A stretch of 64,000 bases of DNA, from the NCBI GenBank assembly GCA_963668025.2, contig CAXXTH010000010.1, forward strand, positions 192,001 through 256,000, written 5' to 3'. This stretch comes from Candidatus Hydrogenedentota bacterium (GTDB taxonomy: Bacteria > Hydrogenedentota > Hydrogenedentia > Hydrogenedentales > SLHB01). A model generated the notes under the pieces. That model had not been told where the DNA came from. It was given only the letters and a program-made list of their open reading frames with translations, and made no database searches. Of this stretch, positions 18,947 to 27,791 are shown piece by piece. The position numbers and the translations under genes were made by a program. Within the stretch, counting starts at the first letter, position 1; every line of letters starts with the position of its first letter.

Positions 18947-19912
18947 TTATAAGGCTTCTTCTTTCGGCATCGTTGCCTCGAACGGCAGCGTCGCACGGAT
19001 AGTGGAGGCCAATTGATCAATGGCTTCTTTCGGCTTGTCGTGATCCCACACCACGGTCTGGCAATAATTCGTATCGAAATGGGGCCTTTTCGTGGGATCG
19101 TTGAATACATCCTCCCGGCAGCTATATATGACCGGCTTGCCCAGGCCTTCCGCGTAACCGGCCTCCCAATACGCGCCTTGGTTGCTGTGGGTCAGATCCG
19201 CGATTACAAACCGCGCCATGCGAATCGCCACGCGAATGTGGTTGTCAATCAATCCGGCTTCAGGATTCTCACGAATATCCTGTAACCGAAATCCCGTTTC
19301 CGCCACTACAGGCTTAAAGGTCTCGATAATGAAGTCCTGGTCTTCTCGATGTTCCTCTTTGAACGACATGGCCAAAAATGCCGTTTTCCCAGAAGCTTTG
19401 CCGCGCTTCAGTTCTTCGTAGCGCTGCCAGCCTTCGATGGTAAGACGCCCGCCAGTTGCTTGGGGAGTGACGCCAGATTCTTCTACCAGAGCAAATCGTT
19501 GAGCTTGTTTCACGATGTAGTATACATCATCTTCGGAAAAAGCTCCTAGTTTTGCCCGTAGATGTTGTGCCGGAATTCGCTCAATATTGCCTGGATTGTT
19601 TTCGAATTCCCTACCTAAGTAATATATAAAATTATTCAACTGTTCATTTGGTGTTGGAAGACTCTCCTTTTCAACATTTTCAACTGTTTCTTCCGTAATG
19701 AGAAGAGTGCCTGCAGAGCGTTGAGATTTCCATGCATAGTGGCTAAGGCAAACAACACTTAAGGGAGATAAGTTATTAAGATTGATTTGGGCATTCCGTA
19801 AGATATCGTAAGTGCCACAGTTCGGGCATATGTATCGATACCCAAAATAATCGGAACGATTGATTTTTGTGCTTTTTTCTTTACGCAATGGGCAAGAAGC
19901 ATCGTGTTCCAT
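18947..19912 (-). CDS. Zn-ribbon plus nucleoside 2-deoxyribosyltransferase/TIR-like domain protein
   Basis: N-terminal CPL...CPNCG; C-terminal AFLAMSF...FVIADLTHSNQGAYWEAGYAEGLGKPVI; AGGAG RBS before ATG 19912. Confidence 0.75.
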   Translation of the reverse strand: MEHDASCPLRKEKSTKINRSDYFGYRYICPNCGTYDILRNAQINLNNLSPLSVVCLSHYAWKSQRSAGTLLITEETVENVEKESLPTPNEQLNNFIYYLGREFENNPGNIERIPAQHLRAKLGAFSEDDVYYIVKQAQRFALVEESGVTPQATGGRLTIEGWQRYEELKRGKASGKTAFLAMSFKEEHREDQDFIIETFKPVVAETGFRLQDIRENPEAGLIDNHIRVAIRMARFVIADLTHSNQGAYWEAGYAEGLGKPVIYSCREDVFNDPTKRPHFDTNYCQTVVWDHDKPKEAIDQLASTIRATLPFEATMPKEEAL

Positions 19913-19980
19913 TCCATTTCTCCTTTTTGGTGTTATGACCGCCATTGTTACCGATCTGGATTTCCAAATATCCGCTCTCT

Positions 19981-20104
19981 TCTCTGTGCCCCTCTGTGTC
20001 TCTGTGGTGAAAATTCCGGATCATTCACCACAGACACAGATATGCACAGAGATACGGATTAATCTAGTTTATACAGTAAAAAGTCTTTGTGTCTTCGTGG
20101 CGAA
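19981..20104. repeat. ACCACAGAGACACAGAG-family repeats, right side (inverted arm plus complete hairpin unit)
   Basis: CTCTGTGTCTCTGTGGTGAAAA, then TTCACCACAGACACAGA...CTTTGTGTCTTCGTGGCGAA. Confidence 0.85.
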
Positions 20105-20114
20105 CAAAAAAATC

Positions 20115-20873
20115 TCACCGTTTGCGCGGTTCGAGCCAGAGCATGCAGCGGTAGGGCGCGCCGATTTGGATGCGCGCCAGGAGCGGCGCTGCTAATCGTA
20201 GTATCGCTTGGAACACGGTGTTGCCACGTCCGGGCCATCCGCACATCAGCACGCGCCACATCCATGCCCACAGCCACAGCGGCGCGTTGCCTTGCCGTGT
20301 GGCGCAATGGTCCGGGGCGGCCGCGGTGAGGCATTCCCGCAGGGCGTCCGGCTCGGGCAACCCTTGGGCGGCATGTTCCTCGAACCAATGCAGCGAGCCG
20401 CCGGTGTAGGCGCGATACGCATCGCGCACTGCCCGTTCCGCCGCCAACGCACCCGGCCCGGCGGGGAAGGCGAGCACCGCCACGCCGTCCGGCTTGAGCA
20501 GGCGCACCAGTTCACATGCCGCGCGAAGGCGCGTTTCTGGCGGAAGGTGTTCGAAGGTGTCCACGCAAACGATCACGTCGAACGAGGCGTCCAGGAACGG
20601 CAGCGCGGTGATGTCCGCCACGGCGGCGCACACACCCAGCGCGCGGCGCGCGGCGCGCAAATGGTCCATGGCGAGGTCCACGGCGATGGGACGGCACGGC
20701 GCGAACCGGGCCAGGCCGTTTTCATTCGCACCCACTTCGAGGACGCGCGCGCCGGGCGTGAGGCGGGGCCGCAGGCGGCGCGCGATGGGGCCATACCGGA
20801 GGAGCCAGTCGGGATATCCCCGGCCGTCCTTCTCCGCATACGCGCGGAGCCAGCGGTTCATGCGTTCACGCAT
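20115..20873 (-). CDS. class I SAM-dependent methyltransferase
   Basis: VLEVGAN, ADITALPFLDASFDVIVC, LLKPDG; GGAGG RBS; overlaps the flippase stop. Confidence 0.85.
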   Translation of the reverse strand: MRERMNRWLRAYAEKDGRGYPDWLLRYGPIARRLRPRLTPGARVLEVGANENGLARFAPCRPIAVDLAMDHLRAARRALGVCAAVADITALPFLDASFDVIVCVDTFEHLPPETRLRAACELVRLLKPDGVAVLAFPAGPGALAAERAVRDAYRAYTGGSLHWFEEHAAQGLPEPDALRECLTAAAPDHCATRQGNAPLWLWAWMWRVLMCGWPGRGNTVFQAILRLAAPLLARIQIGAPYRCMLWLEPRKR

Positions 20874-22455
20874 GGCGCATCCTCCTAAGCCATGCGCCCA
20901 GCACCGGCACGCGGCCCAGTCCGAGGGTCTCATCGAGAAAAGCGTAGTCGAAAGCATCGAGGAACGGCGTCATGCGCACGAGGAGGAGATAGAGGGGCCA
21001 ATACACAACGGTGGCGGCGATGAGGAGCCCCATCGAGGGTATAAAACCGGCGGCCTCGGGCATGCTGCGCGTCCAGATATCGAGGGACGCGCAGCCGATG
21101 AAGCCCGGCAGCGACGCCAGGGTGGGCCACATCGCCGCCACGCGCAGCAGTTGGCTGGGGCCAACGCCCAGCTCCGGTTTCAGCGCCCACGCGAACCATG
21201 CCCAGGAAAGGAACATGGACACCGCCGTGCCAATGGGAATGCCCCAGAAGCCAATCACCAGGACAAGGCCGATGGTGAGGACGATATTCGAGACGGTGGC
21301 GATGACGCCCGCGATCATTTGGAGGCCGGCCCGGCCTTTGCCCAGCACGACGCTGACGCCCGCGCCCGGCAGGATGTTGGCCACATAGCCGAAGGCGATG
21401 ATACGCAGCACCCACGCCGACACCTCGTGTCCCGGCCCCATCCAGGCGCGCATGAGGAGGCTCGCGCAGCCCACGGTGAACAGGACCAGGGGCATTGTGA
21501 TGGCGGCGAGGTATTTGGTCGAAATGAGGTACATGCGCGCCAGGGCTTCCTCATCGCGGCGGGCATCGAGCTGCGATGCGGCGGGAAGCAGGGCGCTCAC
21601 GAGCAGCGTGGGCACTTGCCGCATTTTGCTGGCCAGATCGACGCCCAGCTTGTAGAGTCCCGCCAAACCCAGCGCGCCCGACAGGAAGAATGCGATCAAC
21701 ATATCTGTTTCAAACATGATGACATTCGACAGCCGCGACACTTGGGCGCGCCAGCCGAAGGCGAACAGGCGCTGGAATGTGGCGCGCTCGACATGGCGCA
21801 AGCCCAGGCGAAGCCCAGGCGCGAGCCGGAACGCCAGCCAGGCGCTCCCTAATGCGTAGGCCGCGAAGGCGAGGGCGTTGGCGCATAAGAGGCCGCGCAG
21901 GCCATATCCGGCTTGCAGGAAGAAGACTGTAGCGGCGATTTTGACCAGCGACGACACGAAGCTAACCAGATTGGTGAGGCCCATGCGCTGCAAGCCCGTC
22001 GGGATGGCGGCCAGCGGCGCAATCACATTGCCCGCCACGAACAGTAGCAGCGCCCCGCGAAACAGGAAGAGAGCCTCGCTGGTGCGGGCGGCGTCGAGTT
22101 TGCCGAAATGCTGGAACAGGGCGGCCACGTAATGCATCAAGGGCCAGCCGATAGCCACGAGCAGGACGCCCAAGGCGGAATACAGGAAAAATCCGGTGCT
22201 GGCCACGGCGGACAAGGCGTCCCGTTCATCCCGGGCCGCGTGTTCGGAGATGTATTTAACATAACTGCTGCCAATGCCCAAATCGAGCAGGGCCACATAC
22301 GAGATGAACAGAAAGGCGATGCCCCAGAGGCCGTAGCCTTCCTGGCCCACGCAGTCGAAAATATACCGCGTGAGCACGAGGGTGCTGAGGGCGTCCCACA
22401 GACGCCCGGCGGCGTTGTACATGGTGTTTCTGGCAATAGTCTTGCGGAGCGACAT
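20866..22455 (-). CDS. polysaccharide flippase (Wzx-like, MOP superfamily)
   Basis: IARNTMYN N-terminus, GQEGYGLW, LLDLGIG, many TM helices. Confidence 0.88.
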   Translation of the reverse strand: MSLRKTIARNTMYNAAGRLWDALSTLVLTRYIFDCVGQEGYGLWGIAFLFISYVALLDLGIGSSYVKYISEHAARDERDALSAVASTGFFLYSALGVLLVAIGWPLMHYVAALFQHFGKLDAARTSEALFLFRGALLLFVAGNVIAPLAAIPTGLQRMGLTNLVSFVSSLVKIAATVFFLQAGYGLRGLLCANALAFAAYALGSAWLAFRLAPGLRLGLRHVERATFQRLFAFGWRAQVSRLSNVIMFETDMLIAFFLSGALGLAGLYKLGVDLASKMRQVPTLLVSALLPAASQLDARRDEEALARMYLISTKYLAAITMPLVLFTVGCASLLMRAWMGPGHEVSAWVLRIIAFGYVANILPGAGVSVVLGKGRAGLQMIAGVIATVSNIVLTIGLVLVIGFWGIPIGTAVSMFLSWAWFAWALKPELGVGPSQLLRVAAMWPTLASLPGFIGCASLDIWTRSMPEAAGFIPSMGLLIAATVVYWPLYLLLVRMTPFLDAFDYAFLDETLGLGRVPVLGAWLRRMRHA

Positions 22456-22724
22456 GGAATCCCTACCTGTTATTGTTTGGCACGATATCACGGCGGTTGC
22501 AGGAATGGAAATAAAGCAGGCTGAATTTGCGAGAATGGCTTCTCCCGCAGCCAGGATGCGCATGATATTCAAGTTGAGAGAAATAGGCTGGTTTCGCACC
22601 AAACACCATATTGGCGCCGGGATGCATTGTTTGATGTATTAGCGAGCTTAATTTTTTAAAATGCTTGCAAAGTGCGCTACAAGCTCAAAGGGGCATGAGT
22701 ATTGAGTTGGAGGATAACAAAGCC

Positions 22725-23120
22725 ATGCGGTTAGAGCATGAATTGCCGGAAGCTATCGATCAATGGGGCTGGAAATACCACCATGTAGGGGTGCCCACCA
22801 CGCAGAAAATGCCTGGCGAACGATATATTCCTCAATTCAAGTTTTTTGTTTCCGGTTTCAGCACAAGCCCGTTTGGTGTCGAGTGGATGCGGTTCGAAGA
22901 AGACAGCCCAATTGACGCCTTGATTCAAACCGTGCCGCACATCGCCTTTGAAGTGGATAATATCGAATACGAAGTAATGTCCCGATGTTTAAGAATCATA
23001 GTAGAGCCAAATGCGCCGTCTCATGGCATCCGGGTGGCCATGGTGGAACATAATGGCGCGCCTATAGAACTAATCGAATTTGTTAAACATGTAAAGGCCG
23101 CCGAAGAAAGGCTTCTCTGA
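22725..23120 (+). CDS. VOC/glyoxalase-fold protein
   Basis: YHHVGVPT, PHIAFEVD and GAPIELIE motifs; GGAGG RBS. Confidence 0.75.
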   Translation: MRLEHELPEAIDQWGWKYHHVGVPTTQKMPGERYIPQFKFFVSGFSTSPFGVEWMRFEEDSPIDALIQTVPHIAFEVDNIEYEVMSRCLRIIVEPNAPSHGIRVAMVEHNGAPIELIEFVKHVKAAEERLL

Positions 23121-23271
23121 ATTCACATTTGAATGGAGGAACAAGGACATTACCCCTGGTTAGCCGCCCCATATGAGACGGCAGCGGCGAAAATCGGGCA
23201 TGAAAAGCATTGATTTTCACTTGGGAAAAGATAATATAGATAATCCGGCAGTGATTTTGTATGAAAATTTA

Positions 23272-23287
23272 TGGCACGTGAATTGCT
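23272..23287 (+). promoter_or_regulatory. sigma54 (-24/-12) promoter of degP
   Basis: TGGCACG-TGAA-TTGCT, a perfect consensus match. Confidence 0.8.
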
Positions 23288-23391
23288 CATATAGCCGCAA
23301 GGCGTTCATAGAGCCTATAATGCGCTATTATAAACGATAGCCCGCGCAGCCGGAGGCCCGGGCAAATGAAACCGAAAAACAGGTAACGAGA

Positions 23392-24912
23392 ATGGAGAAT
23401 ACCATGAAAACGATGTATCGAAGCCATTGGAAGTTATGGGCAAGCGCGCTTCTCGCCGTGGGCATGCTCGCTCTTCCCGCCGCTGCGCAGGTAGATCCGG
23501 TGGCGACAGCCAAGGCCGTGAGCACGGCCTTCGCCCAAGTCGCGGAGAAAGCCTCGCCTGCAGTGGTGTTTATCGAAGTGGACGCGGAAGCGAATACGCA
23601 GCAAATGCCGCAGGGCATGGACCCCGGTGATTTATTCGAGCGCTTCTTTGGCCCTGGCATGCCCAATGGGCCGTGGCGCCAATTGCCGCAAGGCCGTGGT
23701 GAACAGCAAAACGAGCAGCAGAACGAGCAGCAATCCAACCGGCTGGTGCCCTATGGCCAGGGAACCGGCTTCATCATCACCCCGGATGGCTACATTATTA
23801 CGAACCACCACTTGGTGGGCGACGCCAAGCGCGTCCGCGTGAAGCTATCCGATGGGCGTGAGTTCGAGGCGAAGATCATCGGCTCGGACGCGGATACGGA
23901 AGTGGCCTTGGTCAAGATTGAAGGCGATGCTCTGCCGACGCTCCCCCTGGGTGATTCCGATAAGCTGCTCGTGGGCGAATGGGTGGTGGCTATTGGCAGC
24001 CCCTTCGGCCTCTCCCATACGGTGACGACCGGCATCGTGAGCGCCAAGGGCCGGGGCAATGTCGGCATCGTGGACTATGCCGATTTTATCCAGACCGATG
24101 CGGCGATTAATCCGGGCAACTCGGGCGGCCCGCTCGTGAACCTCGATGGCGAAGTGGTGGGCGTGAATACGGCCATCTTGAGCCGTAGCGGCGGCTCGAT
24201 GGGCATCGGTTTCGCCATTCCATCCAACATGGTCAAATACGTCAAAGACCAGCTCATCGAGAAAGGTGCGGTCACGCGCGGCTTCCTGGGCATCGGCATC
24301 CAAAACCTGACTCCCGAATTGGCCCAATGGTTCGGCATCCAGGAAGGCAACGGCGTGCTGGTGTCTGAAGTGTCGCCAGGCTCGCCCGCTGAAAAAGCCG
24401 GCATCCAGCGTGATGATGTGGTAATCGAATACGAAGGCGTTCCCGCGAAGGAAATAGGCTCGTTCCGCAGCCGGGTCGCCAGCACGGCCCCTGGCACAAG
24501 CGTGAAGATTGTACTGATGCGGGGCGGCGAGCGGATGGAAAAGACCATCGAGATCGGCGCGAAGACAGGTAGTGACGCGGAACCGGGCACAGGGGCTGAA
24601 GCAGACGGCGCATCCGCCGCATCACAAGTCCAGCTCGGCATCCGGGTCGACAATTTGACCGATGATTTGGCCCAGCGCCTCGGGTTTGAAGGAGAATCCG
24701 GCGTCATAGTGACGCAGGTGGATCCTACGTCATCGGCGGCGGCCTCGGGTATCAAGCAAGGCACATTGATCCAGGAAGTGAACCGCCAGCCGGTACACAA
24801 CACGAGCGAATTTGAAGCCGCCATTAAGAATTCCGATGGCAAGAAGAGCGTGTTGTTGCGCGTCAAAGACGGTGAAATTTCACGTTATGCCGCGATCGAG
24901 ATCAGCAAATAA
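23392..24912 (+). CDS. degP: DegP/HtrA periplasmic serine protease with two PDZ domains
   Basis: Signal peptide, TNHH, QTDAAINPGNSGGPL, two PDZ domains. Confidence 0.93.
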   Translation: MENTMKTMYRSHWKLWASALLAVGMLALPAAAQVDPVATAKAVSTAFAQVAEKASPAVVFIEVDAEANTQQMPQGMDPGDLFERFFGPGMPNGPWRQLPQGRGEQQNEQQNEQQSNRLVPYGQGTGFIITPDGYIITNHHLVGDAKRVRVKLSDGREFEAKIIGSDADTEVALVKIEGDALPTLPLGDSDKLLVGEWVVAIGSPFGLSHTVTTGIVSAKGRGNVGIVDYADFIQTDAAINPGNSGGPLVNLDGEVVGVNTAILSRSGGSMGIGFAIPSNMVKYVKDQLIEKGAVTRGFLGIGIQNLTPELAQWFGIQEGNGVLVSEVSPGSPAEKAGIQRDDVVIEYEGVPAKEIGSFRSRVASTAPGTSVKIVLMRGGERMEKTIEIGAKTGSDAEPGTGAEADGASAASQVQLGIRVDNLTDDLAQRLGFEGESGVIVTQVDPTSSAAASGIKQGTLIQEVNRQPVHNTSEFEAAIKNSDGKKSVLLRVKDGEISRYAAIEISK

Positions 24913-24934
24913 AAGTGAATGTATTCGCGGTGCG

Positions 24935-24972
24935 CACGGGAGAGGCCGTAAATGGCCTCTCCCGTGTAGTTT
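24935..24972 (+). terminator. intrinsic terminator of degP (intron target site)
   Basis: 13-bp stem CACGGGAGAGGCC/GGCCTCTCCCGTG; its T-tract is split by the intron. Confidence 0.85.
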
Positions 24973-26867
24973 GTGTGCCAAGCATGGCGCGGATCTAAGG
25001 GGTGTAAGTCCCCTGCAAGCCCTGATGGTGGGAATTGCTAGCCAAGAGCAAGGGCGTCGCCGCGAGGCGGGGTCTGGAGGAAGCAGGAGGCAAAAGTCGG
25101 ACTCGACGCACAGAAACCGGATAGAAGGCCGGGGTGGCGGGGCAAGCCAGCAATGGATGGCGACGCCCAATAACCATTCGGACACACACCTTGGTAAATC
25201 CGGCGAGGCCCGGCGGAAAGAGGCGCGTCTTACCTTGGGAGACCTGTTCATCTGTCTGGAAGAGCCAGACTAGCGGGATGGCAACATGTCGCGAGGGGTG
25301 GGCAGGAGTCAGCCGAGGCCATAATACCCGCAAGGGGAAGGGCCGAATCGATCATTCAAGGAGCAGCATTGAACGTCTCGTGGGATAGGGAGCGGCAGGA
25401 AGTAGCAGGTTGCCAGATGGAGTTCCCACTGGAGTCGGCTTGCCACGGCGCAATCGGAGAAGGCGGAACCGAATCGGATGCGTTCGAGGCGCGGCAACTA
25501 TCCCCGGCGGCGAACAAGAGGCGAGCCTTGACGCAAGACTTGATGGAACGGGTCGCGAGTCTTGCGAACCTGACGGAAGCGGTACGCCGGGTGCAACGGA
25601 ACAAAGGCGCGGCGGGTGCGGACGTCATGAGCGTACGCGACCTGAAGCGTTGGTTTCCGGAACACTGGCGGGGACTGCAAGAGGAACTGACGGCAGGGCG
25701 CTACCGTCCCCAACCGGTGTTGGGAGTGCAAATCCCCAAGCCGGGCGGGGGGATGCGGCAACTGGGCATTCCGACGGTGGTGGACCGAGTCGTGCAACAA
25801 GCGCTCTTGCAGGCTCTCGAACCGCTTCTAGACCCGGCCTTCTCGGAAAGCAGTTATGGATTTCGTCCAAGGCACAATGCACATCAGGCGCTGCGGCAAG
25901 CCAGCACGTACGTAAGCGAAGGCCGCTGCATTGTTGTGGACATGGACCTGGAAAAATTCTTCGACCGGGTCAACCACGACATCCTGATGGCGCGCGTGGC
26001 GCGGCACGTGTCAGACAAACGCGTACTCCGACTCATCCGCTGGTTTCTTGAAGTGGGCATGATGCAGAACGGCGTATGCATCGAACGATACGAAGGGACC
26101 CCGCAAGGCGGTCCTCTATCGCCGCTGCTGGCCAACCTGCTCTTGGACGACCTGGACAAGGAGTTGGAGAAACGAGGGCATCGTTTTTGCCGCTATGCGG
26201 ACGACTGCAACATTTACGTGCAGACGATACGCGCGGGAGAACGTGTCCTGACATCGGTCACGCAGTTCCTTGAGGGGAAGCTGAAACTACGGGTGAACCG
26301 CGAGAAGAGCGCGGTGGCGTTCGTGGGAGAGCGGAAATTTTTGGGTTATCGCTTGCTGGGTGGGGGGCGATTGGGCATCGCGCCCAAGAGCCTCGACCGG
26401 GCGAAAGACCGCATCCGCGACATCACGCGACGCAACCGCGGCGACGCCAAAGTGCGCCAGATGATTGAGGAGCTCAACAGCTTCCTGAGCGGCTGGATAA
26501 CCTACTATCGGTTTGCCGAAGCAAAGGGCCATCTGGAACGCCTCGGGGAATGGATGCGGCGCAAACTGCGCTGCGTCATCCTCAAACGCCTCAAGCGCAC
26601 GAAAACCATAGCGGACTTCCTTAGAAAACTAGGCGTGCCGCAATTTCAGGCGTGGATACTCGCAGGGTCCGGGAAGGGCTGGTGGCGCAAAGCGGGGAGT
26701 CCTCCCGCGCAACACGCCATGGACAAACAATGGTTCGCGAAACAAAAACTGATAGACCCGGTTCAACGGTACGAAACGTTCAAAAATGACCGAAACCGCC
26801 GTGGTACCGAGCAGGTATGCCCGGTGGTGTGAGAGGGGGGGGACCGTGAGGAACCCCCCTACTCGAT
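24973..26867 (+). mobile_element. group II intron, class C (IIC)
   Basis: 5' GTGTGCC...CATGGCG, domain V AACCGCCG...CGGTGGT, domain VI ending CCTACTCGAT; inserted just after a terminator stem. Confidence 0.92.
25369..26832 (+). CDS. ltrA: group II intron reverse transcriptase/maturase (no endonuclease domain)
   Basis: RQLGIPTVVDR, SYGFRP, DLEKFFDRVNHD, GTPQGGPLSPLLAN, RYADD, maturase domain; true start uncertain. Confidence 0.95.
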   Translation: MNVSWDRERQEVAGCQMEFPLESACHGAIGEGGTESDAFEARQLSPAANKRRALTQDLMERVASLANLTEAVRRVQRNKGAAGADVMSVRDLKRWFPEHWRGLQEELTAGRYRPQPVLGVQIPKPGGGMRQLGIPTVVDRVVQQALLQALEPLLDPAFSESSYGFRPRHNAHQALRQASTYVSEGRCIVVDMDLEKFFDRVNHDILMARVARHVSDKRVLRLIRWFLEVGMMQNGVCIERYEGTPQGGPLSPLLANLLLDDLDKELEKRGHRFCRYADDCNIYVQTIRAGERVLTSVTQFLEGKLKLRVNREKSAVAFVGERKFLGYRLLGGGRLGIAPKSLDRAKDRIRDITRRNRGDAKVRQMIEELNSFLSGWITYYRFAEAKGHLERLGEWMRRKLRCVILKRLKRTKTIADFLRKLGVPQFQAWILAGSGKGWWRKAGSPPAQHAMDKQWFAKQKLIDPVQRYETFKNDRNRRGTEQVCPVV

Positions 26868-26881
26868 TTCGGCAGGCATCA

Positions 26882-27775
26882 TTACCGCACTATCTTGGGG
26901 AGCCGTTTTAATTCTGGAGCAAATACGCCGAAATGATTCCCGTTGACGCGCTCAGTGCCGGGCTGGCCGAGATGAATCGGCGTATTGAGCACCTTGAATT
27001 CGCCATTATGCCGCCGCACAACGAGCGCCGTGGAACCGCCCCCATCCAGGTTCAGCGCGGAATCGCTGCCAAGCCATGCCATCCAATCGGCCATTTCCTT
27101 CGTCGTGGCTCCCACGCTATATAGAGGCTGGCGTCCATCCATGACGGCCAGATACAAGTAGCGCCCCTCTTTGGAGACCCCCGCCGCCGTGCGCGGATGC
27201 CGGGTATCTTCTTGGCCCACGTTTTGTCCTTTTTCCAACAGCATGTTAAAACCGCCTACGGCCTCCGTCACTCCTGCCGTATCGAACGGCGGCGCGGACA
27301 CCCGCGCCTGGTTTCCTGGTCCTATCAGCAACGCGCCATATTCATTCTGCGATGCTGAAACCGGTTCTCCATGGGAGATGTGCAGCCCGATGATGTCCGT
27401 AGGCAGCCCTTCTTCGTTGCGCACGGGATCAAATGGCGAAGCATTCACCGCGAGCGTGCAGTTATACTTTTTCAAAAAAGTGCTGGTTTTCATGCCGTCC
27501 GTCTCGCCGGGAGTATCGCCATTGGACGGCGTGGCCAGAAAAGAGATTCCCGGCTGCTGCAAATCGATGCGCACCGCATACACGGCTTGTAGCGGGTCGT
27601 TGCTCTTGATCTGGGCAAACTCGACCCCTTGGTAGAGCGGTTTCCAGTCCGGGCCTCCGGTAACAGGCCCATTGGGCAGCACCATAGTGGATGCGCCCGT
27701 GATACAGCCCACGGCGGCGCACACCAAGCCTAGCAGCATAAACAAGAAAATGGGGCGGAAAGATGTTCGTTTCAT
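26882..27775 (-). CDS. phosphodiester glycosidase family (NAGPA/DUF2233) lipoprotein
   Basis: Lipobox AVGC, AVNASPF, RHPRTAAG, ALNLDGGGST. Confidence 0.88.
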   Translation of the reverse strand: MKRTSFRPIFLFMLLGLVCAAVGCITGASTMVLPNGPVTGGPDWKPLYQGVEFAQIKSNDPLQAVYAVRIDLQQPGISFLATPSNGDTPGETDGMKTSTFLKKYNCTLAVNASPFDPVRNEEGLPTDIIGLHISHGEPVSASQNEYGALLIGPGNQARVSAPPFDTAGVTEAVGGFNMLLEKGQNVGQEDTRHPRTAAGVSKEGRYLYLAVMDGRQPLYSVGATTKEMADWMAWLGSDSALNLDGGGSTALVVRRHNGEFKVLNTPIHLGQPGTERVNGNHFGVFAPELKRLPKIVR

Positions 27776-27791
27776 TAACTTTGCTCCTCCT

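Noticed and set aside
17527-20104. CRISPR array or classical integron
   Set aside because: No regularly spaced repeat-spacer series, cas gene or integrase, and I did not see canonical attC R boxes.
20494-21852. 452-aa plus-strand ORF
   Set aside because: Antisense shadow of the flippase and methyltransferase genes.
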